Shown here: positions 28,664 to 38,355 of the stretch, in pieces | Layout of the letters: each line of letters opens with the position of its first letter | Position numbering within the stretch: position 1 is the first letter of the stretch | Source of the DNA: a virus | Virus record (IMG/VR): IMGVR_UViG_3300037264_003623 | Location: 32,001-96,000 of that record | Strand: one strand, 5' to 3' | Length of the DNA: 64,000 nt | Translations under genes and position numbers: made by a program | The notes under the pieces: generated by a model | Databases searched by the model: none | Seen by the model: the letters and a program-made list of their open reading frames with translations, nothing else | Told to the model about the DNA's origin: nothing

Positions 28664-28810
28664 CTCAGGGGGCCAGCCAGCGCCGGTTCCCGCCACGGTA
28701 CTTGGAGTCGTGGGATCGGGGCCGATAAGCGTGGGCCGTGGAGGCCAGCGGCAGGAGGGGGGCCAAGCCTCTGAATGTCGTCGCGGGTTCGAGGCCCGTC
28801 CCTGGGGCCA
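28664..28810 (+). ncRNA. tRNA-like RNA (acceptor stem, T-arm, CCA) with an enlarged centre
   Basis: CTCAGGG/CCCTGGG-G-CCA; GCGGG-TTCGAGG-CCCGT. Confidence 0.6.
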
Positions 28811-28958
28811 GATGCGTGGGGGTCATGATGAAGCGGTTCGAGAACAAGGTCGATACCGACGCGGACTGCGTCCGGGCCGGGCCTCCGATTCCCCCTCCGG
28901 GGTGCGAACTCTCGTTCGTGAGGAGGATGGTGGCCTTGTGGCGGGAGAGGAGCAAGCG

Positions 28959-29222
28959 ATGACCGAATCCAAGGGAGAGCCGACGGGATTCCTGGCGGGG
29001 AAGCGGTACCGCAGGATGGCGCTGGCGCAGCACGTCATGGTGGTCGCCGTGTTCGACCTGGAAGTGGGGGACTGGTCGGCCTACATCGACGCCGTGCCGG
29101 GGAACGACCACGCGGCGGAGTGGGGGTCCGTGGTGGACCATGGCGACAAGATCCCGAAGGACGTAGCGGCGGTGCTGTTCCCCGGCCTCGCGGCGGACAA
29201 GGGGCTGAAGTGGAGAGAGTGA
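28959..29222 (+). CDS. hypothetical protein
   Basis: DWSAYIDAV..HGDKIP..VAAVLFP. Confidence 0.65.
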   Translation: MTESKGEPTGFLAGKRYRRMALAQHVMVVAVFDLEVGDWSAYIDAVPGNDHAAEWGSVVDHGDKIPKDVAAVLFPGLAADKGLKWRE

Positions 29223-29474
29223 CGGAGGAAGAGATGGCCTTGCCGATGGAAGGGGCGAAGCTCGACCTCTGCCGGGAGGCGGTGAAGACGCTCCCCGAGA
29301 GGGCCTGTGCCTACTACGCCGAGAGGTTTCGGCGGGGTTTCATGGAACAACATCGCCCAAGCCCCGACGACGCGGCCCTGGAGATCTACCGCTACGCCTT
29401 CTTAGGGGAGAAGCCCCCGAGGCGGTTCCGTGAACTGGTCAGGCCGATCCTGGTGGCGTTGAGGTTCGCGGCAG

Positions 29475-29741
29475 ATGGAGATGATTGAGATCCTGCGGCG
29501 GCTGGGTACCGTCGAGAAGAGGAAGGGGGGAGTCCTGCGAGACGGGATGCAGATAGGGATGATCCGTCTTGTTCTTTTCTCGGACGGGAGCGGGGAGGTG
29601 CAGGCGGACTGGGCCAAGTATGACGAGGAAATGTGCCGGGAGGAGAAACTTCTTCATGCGATATTCTCGGTCGACGGTCCTATCTTCGAGTTTGAGAAGA
29701 TCGAGCAGTTAGAGGCGTGGCTGGTGGAGCAGAGCGGATGA
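29475..29741 (+). CDS. hypothetical protein
   Basis: LVLFSDGSG motif; coupled ORF. Confidence 0.6.
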   Translation: MEMIEILRRLGTVEKRKGGVLRDGMQIGMIRLVLFSDGSGEVQADWAKYDEEMCREEKLLHAIFSVDGPIFEFEKIEQLEAWLVEQSG

Positions 29742-30025
29742 ATGAGCATGGAGGGCCGGACTCGAAGGTGATGTCCAGGTGGGAGGAGTGCTACTTCGCC
29801 GCCAAGGATCTCCCGTCGTTTGTCTGCGTCCGTCTTGCCAGGAGGACTCGGGCGAGGATGAACTGGACGGCGGGGGGGTCGACGGAGAGCGTTGCGGCCT
29901 CGGAGATCTACGCGATCGCCTTCGAGGGGGTTCCGATCCTTCGTAGCGTCGAGGAGCATCTTCAGCCGGTCCTCGACCGGCTCAGGGCGTTGCAAGTGGC
30001 CGAGAGGATGATGGGCGATGAGTAG
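29738..30025 (+). CDS. hypothetical protein with C-terminal VAERMMG tag
   Basis: ATGA overlap. Confidence 0.6.
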   Translation: MNEHGGPDSKVMSRWEECYFAAKDLPSFVCVRLARRTRARMNWTAGGSTESVAASEIYAIAFEGVPILRSVEEHLQPVLDRLRALQVAERMMGDE

Positions 30026-30254
30026 AGACCTCAAGTGCAGGACATGCGGGGAGTGGATGAAGGAGATTGCCTGTCACGAGGACTCCAACGCTCGCGACTG
30101 GATCACGATGTGGTGCCCGGAGTGCGGGACCATCTGCGGATCCTTCGAGTCGGTGTCAGGTCCGCAGGATTACCACTGGGAGTTCCCGAAGATGGCATCC
30201 CTCCCCGAGGTCGGGGCCGCACTTTCTCTCATGCGTGACAGGAACAAGGGTTGA
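30018..30254 (+). CDS. zinc-ribbon protein
   Basis: CRTC...WCPECG. Confidence 0.6.
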   Translation: MSRDLKCRTCGEWMKEIACHEDSNARDWITMWCPECGTICGSFESVSGPQDYHWEFPKMASLPEVGAALSLMRDRNKG

Positions 30255-30278
30255 CGGAGAGGCGAAACCGCCTATAAT
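30251..30278 (+). promoter_or_regulatory. tRNA operon promoter TTGACG-N16-TATAAT
   Basis: Consensus boxes. Confidence 0.8.
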
Positions 30279-30460
30279 AGGGTCATGAAGATCGGTGCTG
30301 ACATCCGCGAGGGAAACCGGGGGGCGGCCACGCTCCTCTGGTCCAGCACCACGCCAACATCATGCCTTAGCTTCCACTACCCGCTGTCCTTGTAGGGCCG
30401 CCAGGCCTCTTCGACTCGGTTCCTTGGTCTGGCGGCGGAAACCCCTTCGGGAACCACTGC

Positions 30461-30545
30461 GGGCAGGTCGGATAGCGGCAAGTCCACCTGGCTGTAAACC
30501 AGGCGCCTCAGGCTTACGTGAGTTCGAGTCTCACCCTGCCCACCA
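30461..30545 (+). tRNA. tRNA-Tyr(GTA)
   Basis: Cloverleaf, long variable arm, CCA. Confidence 0.93.
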
Positions 30546-30620
30546 CGCGCTGTGGCCCAGTCTGGCTAGGGCGCCTGCTTCGGGAGCAGGAAAACGCCGG
30601 TTCGATTCCGGCCAGCGCGA
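30546..30620 (+). tRNA. tRNA-Pro(CGG), no encoded CCA
   Basis: CCTGC-TTCGGGA-GCAGG; C1-G72, A73. Confidence 0.92.
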
Positions 30621-30621
30621 T

Positions 30622-30698
30622 GCTGGGATAGCTCAGACGGTAGTAGCACTGGACTGAAAATCCAGGTGTCGCCGGTTCGATTCCGGCTCCCAGCGCCA
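30622..30698 (+). tRNA. tRNA-Phe(GAA)
   Basis: CTGGA-CTGAAAA-TCCAG; CCA. Confidence 0.93.
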
Positions 30699-30786
30699 GC
30701 GGAAGTGGCGGAACGGCTAACGCACCCGGTTCAAGGCCGGGCGGCTCGAAAGGGCCTTGCGGGTTCGAGTCCCGCCTTCCGCACCA
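30699..30786 (+). tRNA. tRNA-Leu(CAA)
   Basis: CCCGG-TTCAAGG-CCGGG; long variable arm; ACCA. Confidence 0.92.
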
Positions 30787-30870
30787 GGGCGAGTGGTGGA
30801 GTTGGCAGACACCTGTGTTTGAGGGGCACAGGCCCGAAAGGGCATGCGGGTTCGACCCCCGCCTCGCCCA
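30787..30870 (+). tRNA. tRNA-Leu(GAG)
   Basis: TGTGT-TTGAGGG-GCACA; long variable arm. Confidence 0.9.
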
Positions 30871-30872
30871 TT

Positions 30873-30904
30873 GCCGGGGTGGTGAAGTTGGCAGACGCGC
30901 TGGC
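30873..30904 (+). tRNA. 5' half of an interrupted tRNA-Leu
   Basis: GCCGGGG acceptor, D-arm, CTGGC anticodon stem; pairs with 31584-31638. Confidence 0.88.
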
Positions 30905-31583
30905 ATGTTGGAGTGGCGTAATGGCTAACGCACCGGACTCAGGATCCGGGTCCGAAAGGACACCTGTGGGTTCGACTCCCACCTCCGACATTAAAGACTT
31001 GGCAGACTCATAGGAACGGGTTATAATATGTCGTCCAAGTAGGAGGACGACAGATGAGAAGGGAAGAGGATCTGCGAAGGGTGGTTTCCGAGTGCGTGTC
31101 TTTTGCCCAGGTTCTTCGACGTTTGGGATTGAAGCAGGCTGGCGGAAGTCAGAGCGAGTTGAAGAAGAGGGTGGAGGCGCTCGGGATAAGCACAAGTCAT
31201 TTCCTTGGCAGGAGGACGAACTCGGGGGCGCACCATCGCGGCGGGTGCCCCAAGAAGGCTTGCTCGGAGGTATTGGTTCGTAGCGTGAGGCGGCATCCCT
31301 ACCTTCTTCGCCGGGCCTTGCTCGAATCGGGGAGGGAGTACCGCTGCCAAGGAGACGGTTGCCCGGTAAGGGATGAATGGCTTGGGAAGAAGATCGTCTT
31401 GCAGGTGGATCACGTTGATGGAGACAGGAGCAACAATAGGGCTTCCAACCTTCGATTCCTTTGCCCCAACTGTCATTCGCAGACAGGCAACTGGGGAAAG
31501 AACGAAGGGGGAACGGATCTGACCACTAACGCGAGGCAGTGCCAGAACTGGAGACGGAAACGCCGGGAAGCATCGGGCACGGT
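30905..31583 (+). mobile_element. tRNA plus HNH cassette inserted in a tRNA-Leu anticodon loop
   Basis: Flanked by complementary tRNA halves. Confidence 0.8.
30907..30990 (+). tRNA. tRNA-Leu(CAG) nested in the insertion
   Basis: GTTGGAG/CTCCGAC-A; CCGGA-CTCAGGA-TCCGG. Confidence 0.9.
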
Positions 31584-31587
31584 TTGA
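31054..31587 (+). CDS. HNH homing endonuclease
   Basis: LQVDHVDGDRSNNRASNLRFLCPNCHSQT; promoter TTGGCA-17-TATAAT at 30999-31027. Confidence 0.9.
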   Translation: MRREEDLRRVVSECVSFAQVLRRLGLKQAGGSQSELKKRVEALGISTSHFLGRRTNSGAHHRGGCPKKACSEVLVRSVRRHPYLLRRALLESGREYRCQGDGCPVRDEWLGKKIVLQVDHVDGDRSNNRASNLRFLCPNCHSQTGNWGKNEGGTDLTTNARQCQNWRRKRREASGTV

Positions 31588-31638
31588 GGAGCCAGTGCCC
31601 GAAAGGGCGTGCGAGTTCGACCCTCGCCCCCGGCACCA
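31584..31638 (+). tRNA. 3' half of the interrupted tRNA-Leu
   Basis: TTGAGGA-GCCAG, variable arm, T-arm, CCCCGGC-ACCA. Confidence 0.88.
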
Positions 31639-31639
31639 T

Positions 31640-31713
31640 GTGGTCGTGGTCCAGCGGTAGGGCGCTTGGTTGTGCCCCAAGAGATGGCGGTTCGACTCCG
31701 CCCGATCACCCCA
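31640..31713 (+). tRNA. tRNA-His(GTG)
   Basis: CTTGG-TTGTGCC-CCAAG; C73-CCA. Confidence 0.88.
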
Positions 31714-31789
31714 GCCCTCGTAGCTCAGTTGGTAGAGCGGCGCTTTCGTAAAGCGCAGGCCGCAGGTCCGATGCCTGCCGGGGGCTCCA
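31714..31789 (+). tRNA. tRNA-Thr(CGT)
   Basis: GCGCT-TTCGTAA-AGCGC; variant T-loop TCCGATG; CCA. Confidence 0.88.
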
Positions 31790-32033
31790 GGGGCATGGAA
31801 ATCGCGGATAGCCTATCCGCGCCGCTATACCGCATCTATATCCGGAACGGTGAGTTCACCCCTCGGGACCTACCCCCGGCGATCTTTTTCCCCCTTCTCC
31901 AGATGTGGATTCCTGTCGAACTTCGCACTTCTCGCGGAATAGGAGGGAATCAGAGGACGATTCCTGTAAGAAACGCGATCGACAGGTGTTCAGGAGGGAT
32001 GAAGTGAGGTTGAAGTGAGGCTGGAGGTGGCTG

Positions 32034-32549
32034 ATGAACGAGGTCAGGGCGAGGATCAGGTGCTCCGGGACGTTCCACACGATCGGGATCGACCGCGACG
32101 GGATGCCTTTCGCCGCCCACCACTCCCGCGAGGAGATGGAGGCGGCCAGGGTCGCCGAGCAGATCGGAGGGGTCCAGGTGGACGTGCCCTGCGTCAGGAT
32201 GCTGGCGGAGATCGAGGAGTGCCTGCGGAGGAAGTCCTCGCCCCCGTCCGACATGCCCAGGGCGATCCTCGATTTCCTCCTCCGGCGGAGAGCGCAGGCG
32301 GTGGTCGAGCTGCGGGACCGGCAGAGGTACCTGGAGAGGAGGGTCAAGCGGGTGATGCGGCAGGCCGAGCTGGCGGCCAAGGGGGACCTCTCCTGCCTGG
32401 AGGACATCCTGGAGGGGGTGGAGGACGAGATCTACGACCGGTTCCACGGGGAGGGCACCAACGTCCTCCTGGACGTCTTTACCGAGGCCGAGGCCAGGAT
32501 CATGCACCGGAGGCAGGATTTCGACCTGCGGAACTTCGAGTCCGTGTGA
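32034..32549 (+). CDS. hypothetical protein
   Basis: GGAGG RBS. Confidence 0.65.
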   Translation: MNEVRARIRCSGTFHTIGIDRDGMPFAAHHSREEMEAARVAEQIGGVQVDVPCVRMLAEIEECLRRKSSPPSDMPRAILDFLLRRRAQAVVELRDRQRYLERRVKRVMRQAELAAKGDLSCLEDILEGVEDEIYDRFHGEGTNVLLDVFTEAEARIMHRRQDFDLRNFESV

Positions 32550-32567
32550 TTTTTTTTGCTTTTACCC

Positions 32568-32595
32568 TTGACGAAGACCGTGATATGTGTATAAT
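32568..32595 (+). promoter_or_regulatory. early promoter TTGACG-N16-TATAAT
   Basis: Repeated family. Confidence 0.85.
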
Positions 32596-32622
32596 ACAGG
32601 TGTCGAGTTTGAGGTACGCGAG

Positions 32623-32937
32623 ATGGACGAGACGAACGGGCGCAAGACACTCCGGGAGGCTCATGCCGAGTACTGCCGTGAGGCGGGGATGGCCGAGGAG
32701 GCGATAGCCCGGGACTGGGCCGAGTTCCAGACCGACTACGACGCCTGGCTCGACGATCGCCGGGCGCAGGAAGACGCTGATGACCCAAGGTTCGCCGACG
32801 CGGACTGCGATGAGGAGTCCGAGGATCTGGAGGAGGTCCTCACCGGATCGGGATGGGACCATGACGATTACCGCAACATCATCACGGGATCCTTCGACGA
32901 CGAGACACCATTCGGCCACGAATTAGAGGGCGAGTGA
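32623..32937 (+). CDS. highly acidic protein (possible nucleic acid mimic)
   Basis: D/E-rich; first gene after an early promoter. Confidence 0.55.
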   Translation: MDETNGRKTLREAHAEYCREAGMAEEAIARDWAEFQTDYDAWLDDRRAQEDADDPRFADADCDEESEDLEEVLTGSGWDHDDYRNIITGSFDDETPFGHELEGE

Positions 32938-33461
32938 TGACGACGACTGAGATCACGGCCAACGACGTGGCCCTCGCGCAGGCGGGGGATTCCGAGGCGA
33001 AGGAACGGCTGATCGCCCGGATCGAGCCCCTGATCGGCTGGTGGCTCAAGCGGGTGAGGTGGGCGGGGGCATGGGAGGAAGGGATGCAGGAGGGGCGCGT
33101 GGGCGTCCTGGAGGCCCTCCGGCGGTTCGATGCTGGTCGTGGGGCCAGGTTCACGACCTTCGCGGGCTGGTGGATCCGCCAGGCGGTCGAGAGCGCGATG
33201 ACCCATGCTCCGCTCTCGGTCGAGGAAGTCCCGGAGCGGGAGTCAGGCATGGACGTGGTGGTGGACGCCGCTGCCGCCGCCGAGATCGTCGGGGCGGTCG
33301 GACTGCTTCCTGAGAGGGAGGCCGACCTTCTTCGGTGGCGGTTCTGGGAGGAGGAGTCCCTGGAGGCGATAGGCAAGCGGCTGGGCCGCCACAAGTACAG
33401 CGTGTCCCTGATGATCCAGAAGTCCCTCCGCAAGGTGCGGGGGCTGGTCGGCAAGTGCTGA
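32934..33461 (+). CDS. sigma70-family RNA polymerase sigma factor (regions 2 and 4)
   Basis: QEGRVGVLEALRRFD..RGARFTTFAGWWIRQAV; SLEAIGKRLG HTH. Confidence 0.85.
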   Translation: MMTTTEITANDVALAQAGDSEAKERLIARIEPLIGWWLKRVRWAGAWEEGMQEGRVGVLEALRRFDAGRGARFTTFAGWWIRQAVESAMTHAPLSVEEVPERESGMDVVVDAAAAAEIVGAVGLLPEREADLLRWRFWEEESLEAIGKRLGRHKYSVSLMIQKSLRKVRGLVGKC

Positions 33462-34050
33462 GAGGTGCAGGATGTTCTGTGCAAAGTGTGCCAGGGATTT
33501 CACCGGCGGACGGATGGGCGTGGTCGTGAAGACCGTCCGCAAGGTCACCCGGCGCAACGAGAAGACGAAGCAGGACGTCGTGATCGAAAAGGCATCCTTC
33601 CGTCGCGGCGACGAGTGCGTTTGTCCCGGGTGTGGGGCGGTCGTGATCGCCCATTTCGGGGATTCTTACGAGGGCGAGACGCGGACGCCGGACTACACGG
33701 TCCAGGCGTAGGGGGTCCTTCATGCTCTACGGGAGGATGGCGAGGCGCGTCTACAGTCATCATCCATTAGGCAGGATGACGAACTTCCCTGAGACGGGGA
33801 AGATAGTACACGCTTTCATTGTGGACGAACCCGTCCGCCACGACTCCAGCAAGTCCCCGCTTCTGGAGATGACTTCTCTGTGCGGCAAGGTCGTGGCTAG
33901 GAGGTGGACTGTTGATGTATGGGATGTGTCGTGGCCGAAGCGTCTGGTCAAGACGTGCAAACAGTTCGACTTTTACATGCACCCGTGCCGGTCGTGCAAG
34001 AAGAGGCACTACGATGCGAGGGTTGTGGAGATATTGGCTGGAGTAGAGAC

Positions 34051-34419
34051 ATGAGGATCCTCATCCTTGATGACGACCCGACTCGTGGGATGGCCTTCCG
34101 GAGGGTACTGATCGGACACCTCGTCACGGTCGTGACGACGGCCCCGGAGGCGATCCAGAGACTCGCCGCGGAGGACTGGGACGCGACATCCCTGGACCAC
34201 GACCTGGGCGACGAGCAGATGGTCGACTCCGGGCCGGGGACCGGGTGGGAGGTGGCGAGGTGGCTCGCCGAGAACCCCACCAGGATTCCCAAGGCGGTCG
34301 TCCTGCACTCCTTCAACCCCCCGGGGCGGGCGAGGATGAGGGACCTGCTCCCGGACTCCGTGCTGGCCCCGGGGTGGTGGATGACCGGGAAGTGGCCGCT
34401 GGAGGCGGATGTCGGATGA
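34051..34419 (+). CDS. cyclic-phosphate-processing receiver-like domain protein
   Basis: RILILDDD, SLDHDLG, TGWEVARWL, LHSFNPPG. Confidence 0.8.
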   Translation: MRILILDDDPTRGMAFRRVLIGHLVTVVTTAPEAIQRLAAEDWDATSLDHDLGDEQMVDSGPGTGWEVARWLAENPTRIPKAVVLHSFNPPGRARMRDLLPDSVLAPGWWMTGKWPLEADVG

Positions 34420-35097
34420 GCGGATGTGCGCCGGACGATAGCGCGAACCGGTTCTACATCGGGGATCTGATGATCTCCGCCGAGCCCTTGTATCACGTCT
34501 GGACCCTGATCGACGGCAACCTTGGGGAGGGGACTCTGCGCTCGATGTGCGGACTCACGAAACGGCGCGATGAGATATCGCTGTATCGGGGAATGTGGAG
34601 AAAGTTGAAGCGGTACAGGGGTGGTCTCTGCAAGAAGTGTCGGTGGGAGGAAGTCCAGGCCGCTGCCATACTTTCGGATGTCGACAGGAACGTGACTCTG
34701 GACGAGCATGATTTTCTGGCGGCCATGTTCGATGAGGAGGATGAGGGTCTGCCGTGAGGATGTTCATCTACGTCAAGGACACGCCGGAGCAGCGGAAGGC
34801 CCGACGCCGGTTTCGGAACCGGTCCCCGAGGCGGGTGGTCCACACCACGACATCTTTCGCATCGGCCGGGGTCTACCTCTGCGGCTGCGGCCTGAAGGCC
34901 CGTGTAGACGACGTCAAGGACTTCGAGTCGGTCGCCGGGAGGGTGTCCAACTCCTTCGACATGGACAGGGCCGGGGGGGTCGAGTGCATCGACCAGATGT
35001 CGTGCTGGGAGTGGTGCCCAGGCTGCCGTGAGGACTATATGACGGAGGTGACGGCGGAGATCCTGGCTGGGAAGAGGTGATTTTTTTAGGTTGGGTC

Positions 35098-35125
35098 TTG
35101 ACGAAAGGACGAAAACATCTATAAT
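35098..35125 (+). promoter_or_regulatory. early promoter TTGACG-N16-TATAAT
   Basis: Repeated family. Confidence 0.85.
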
Positions 35126-35991
35126 ATGGGTGTCGGTTTGAGGTAAGTACCGTGAAGATGATGGAGGGTGCATGAGGCCGATCTGCGTGAGGTGTCGCCG
35201 GGAGATGGCCCCGGGGGTCAACGAGTTCCTGGTCAAGGACAAGGCTGTCGGCAATTCCCCGTCGACCTACCGGTTCGGAGACCTGTTCGAGTGCCCCGAC
35301 TGTGGGGCCCAGGTCGTCGTCGGATTCGGGAAGGGGCTGACGGAGTCGGAGGTCGGGGGCAGGGCGAAGGACGCGCTGGAGTTCATTCGATGAGACGGTC
35401 CTTCTTCAGCAGCCACGATAAGGAGTTCGCCGCCGTTCATGCCCTGGAGCGCAGGGGATGGTGCCGGGCGTGCTCCGCTGCCCCGTCTCTGCGGAGCCTG
35501 AGGGTGCCGGTCGAGATGGTCCCGATGCCGTACCGGGGGAAGAACTGGTTCCATCTCCGAATCGTTCCGTGGGCACCCAAGTGGGCGGTGGGACTGGTTA
35601 AGCGCATGAAGGGGCTCAAGGTCAGGCGGTCGGACAGGGCCGCCGCCTTCAAGGAGGCGCTGGAACTGGGGGGAGCGGGCCCCCTTGCCGAGGCTATTAT
35701 CGTGGCCGGGAAGATGATGAGGTAGGCCATGCATTATGTGTTGATCGCGAGGAAGAGAGGGTTGAACCTCCATCTCCCACCCGGCGCCAGGAGATGTGGG
35801 AAGATCCACGCCTATGAGGAGGAACCTAATGTGGGGGAGCCCATCGTGTCTTTGTGCGGTCAGCGGGCCGTGTCCCATAGGTGCGACTTCCCGGGGAATC
35901 CGCTTCCCAACCGCCGCTGGAAGGTCTGCAAGAGGTGCCTCCCGGCGATCGAAGCGGAGACGGTGGGCAAGATTTTGGCAGAGAGGCCGCC

Positions 35992-38355
35992 ATGACCGAC
36001 GCGGACATCTTCTACAGGGAGCCCGGCACTGGATGGAGGAAGTACTGCATCCGGTCGGGGACGCGGAAGGAGATCGAGGAGACGGCCAGGGATCTCCTCA
36101 AGAGCCTGCGGGAGGAGAGCGCGAGGTCCTCGGTCAAGATCGTGTGGCCGGGGAACCGGACGACGATGGTGCGGCTCCAGAGTGGTGCCGCGAAGGGGGC
36201 GTGATGGACCAGAAGATGAAGGCTCTCATCAAGAAGTTCGCCGACTTCTTCCTGATGGATCCGGCGTTCAAGGACATCCCGGACGACATCATGGGGGCGG
36301 TCTCCGACCCGGCTTTGGCCCCTATCCTGGCCTCGACGGCGCACGTCTTCCTCTTGGGGAAGGAGGACAACGGGACGGACGAGGAGCTGGAGAAGGAAGG
36401 GGACGCCCTTTTCCATGCGTTCTATCTGGAGAGCCTCAGGCGGATGTTCGCCTCCGACCGGCCGAAGACCTTCGCCTTTCGGGACCGGAAGGTCCGCGAC
36501 TTCATGAAGGTCTTGGAGTTCGCGTTCGACGAGGACGAGGCGATCCACTCGATGCGTCTGAAGATCCAGGGGCTTATCGGCATCGAGCTCTCGGTCGAGA
36601 AGATGCGGGAGATCATGCAGGAGACGATCGCGGACGCGATCAGGCCCCACGAGGGAAGATGATCGAGCAGGGCGAGCCGGTGAAGGCAAGGTTCGGGAGG
36701 ACCGCGCCTGTCGGGGATGGGTGGGTCTACGGGTGCATCGTCTGCAAAGTCAGGCCGAGAACCCTGACGATATGCAAGTGTCTCTCCGACGGGAACGAGT
36801 ACGCCTTGTGCTTCCCGTGCCTGGACGCGATGGGCGACCTCGGGATGGTCGAGGAGAGGATCGAGACATACGTCTAGGAGTCCGGCAACAACTTCACTTT
36901 GAGGCATACGACGACAGTCAACAAGCACGACCTGACCCGGTGTCCAAGGGACGAGGGCCTCCGGGCGGCGGTCATGCTGGCGAGGCGGTGAGCGCACACC
37001 GTGTGCGCGGATCAGAGGAAGTGCGGGTACTGCGGAATGACGGGCGATCGGCGCACACGGTGGAAGATGTTCCAGTGCTCGTGCGGGAAGATCCACTACT
37101 TCTGCGAGCTCTGCTACAGGGACCTCCTGAGCAAGGGGATCATCGTCCGCAGGGGGCGGAGGGGCGGGGGGAAGAAGGACTTCCTGAAGGCGTGCCCGGC
37201 GGAGGTCCGTGTCGCCGAGGCGATTATGCGGGAGAACCGCAGGGTGGACTGGGAGGTCACGAACCTGTGATCTGCGATCTATGCAAGACGGCTTTCATCT
37301 CCAGGGGGTCGGTTCGGGACCTCCAGTGCGGGTGCGGGAGCGTCTACCGGGCGTGCCTGACGTGCAGGCGTGCCCTGCTGAGGCAGGACTTCGCCTACTA
37401 CGAGGGCAAGGGGATGGTCCTCAAGATATGCCCGACGGCATTAGAGGTCGCCCAGAGGCTGATGGATGGTGGGGACGGCGGATGAGCGAGTCTCTATGCG
37501 TGATCTGCGGGAAGGGGCAGTACCAGCCCGACGAGCAGGGGGGGTACATCGGGATGCGCGACGTGTTGTGCGCGTGCGGGGATGTCCACCGCGTCTGCAA
37601 GCGGTGCTGGACGAACCCCGGGAGCAAAGTCCTGGCCGAGGCGTTCTCCTGGGATTCCAAAACCTGGATGGGGGACGCCAAGTTCGACGTGTGCCCGAAG
37701 GATATTCTGGTGGCCTGGAGGTTGATGGGATGATCAGGTTCAAGAAGAGCATGTTCGGGTTAGGGGCCAACTCCTGCGTCTCGCCGACGAAGGGGACGGC
37801 GGACAAATGCGAGGGGTGCCCGGTCAAGGGCCTGGTCGGGATCGTGGTCGTGGTGAAGGTGGGGCCGAGGCCGATCGGGAGGGGATGATGCCCAGGGAAG
37901 ACCCGATCCGCGAGTACTTCGAGATCGATCTCCCCGACAAGAGATTCCGTGAGCAGAACGAGCGCCTTCAGCGGAAGATCGACGAGGGCATCGGGATGAG
38001 GGGGAGTCCGCCGCGTTTGAGGAAGACATGGTGGATCTCCACTCCAGGGATGGATTCCAAACGTGCGTTCGGTCTCTCCGATGCCATTGAGGCGCTCGAC
38101 TCCCCGGACATGATCTCGGATATGGGCCACATCCCTCTGGTCCGGTGGAGCGGGTGTTTGTGGCACCTGATGGTTTCCTCCCACTGCAACCCGGCCAGGG
38201 TGGTGTCGGCGTGCGGAGAAACCTTCCCGATGGGAGAGAGGGTGGAGGGGAAACTGGAGATCGAGCCGAACCGGAACCTGACCTGCATGGGGTGCTGGAC
38301 CCACGTCGAGGCGGCCAAGGTCGCCCTGATCCTGGCGGGGGAGAGCGATGAGTGA
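35992..38355 (+). other. run of small early ORFs (35992-36204, 36204-36662, 36659-36877 or 36991, 37001-37270, 37267-37485, 37482-37733, 37885-38355)
   Basis: Four related CxxC..CxCG..CxxC..CP proteins ending in the tag. Confidence 0.6.

Larger units (their letters stand above)
33472..35995 (+). other. run of small Cys-rich early ORFs (33472-33711, 33737-34054, 34416-34757, 34754-35080, 35172-35393, 35390-35725, 35729-35995)
   Basis: Coupled ORFs with H..(S)LCG..CxxC motifs; most carry the C-terminal tag. Confidence 0.6.

Noticed and set aside
28664-28810. tmRNA or amber suppressor tRNA
   Set aside because: Too short for tmRNA, no G3-U70 or A73, no tag ORF, no CUA anticodon arm
30905-31583. 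Group I intron in tRNA-Leu
   Set aside because: The insert is fully occupied by a tRNA, a promoter and an ORF; no room or motifs for a ribozyme core
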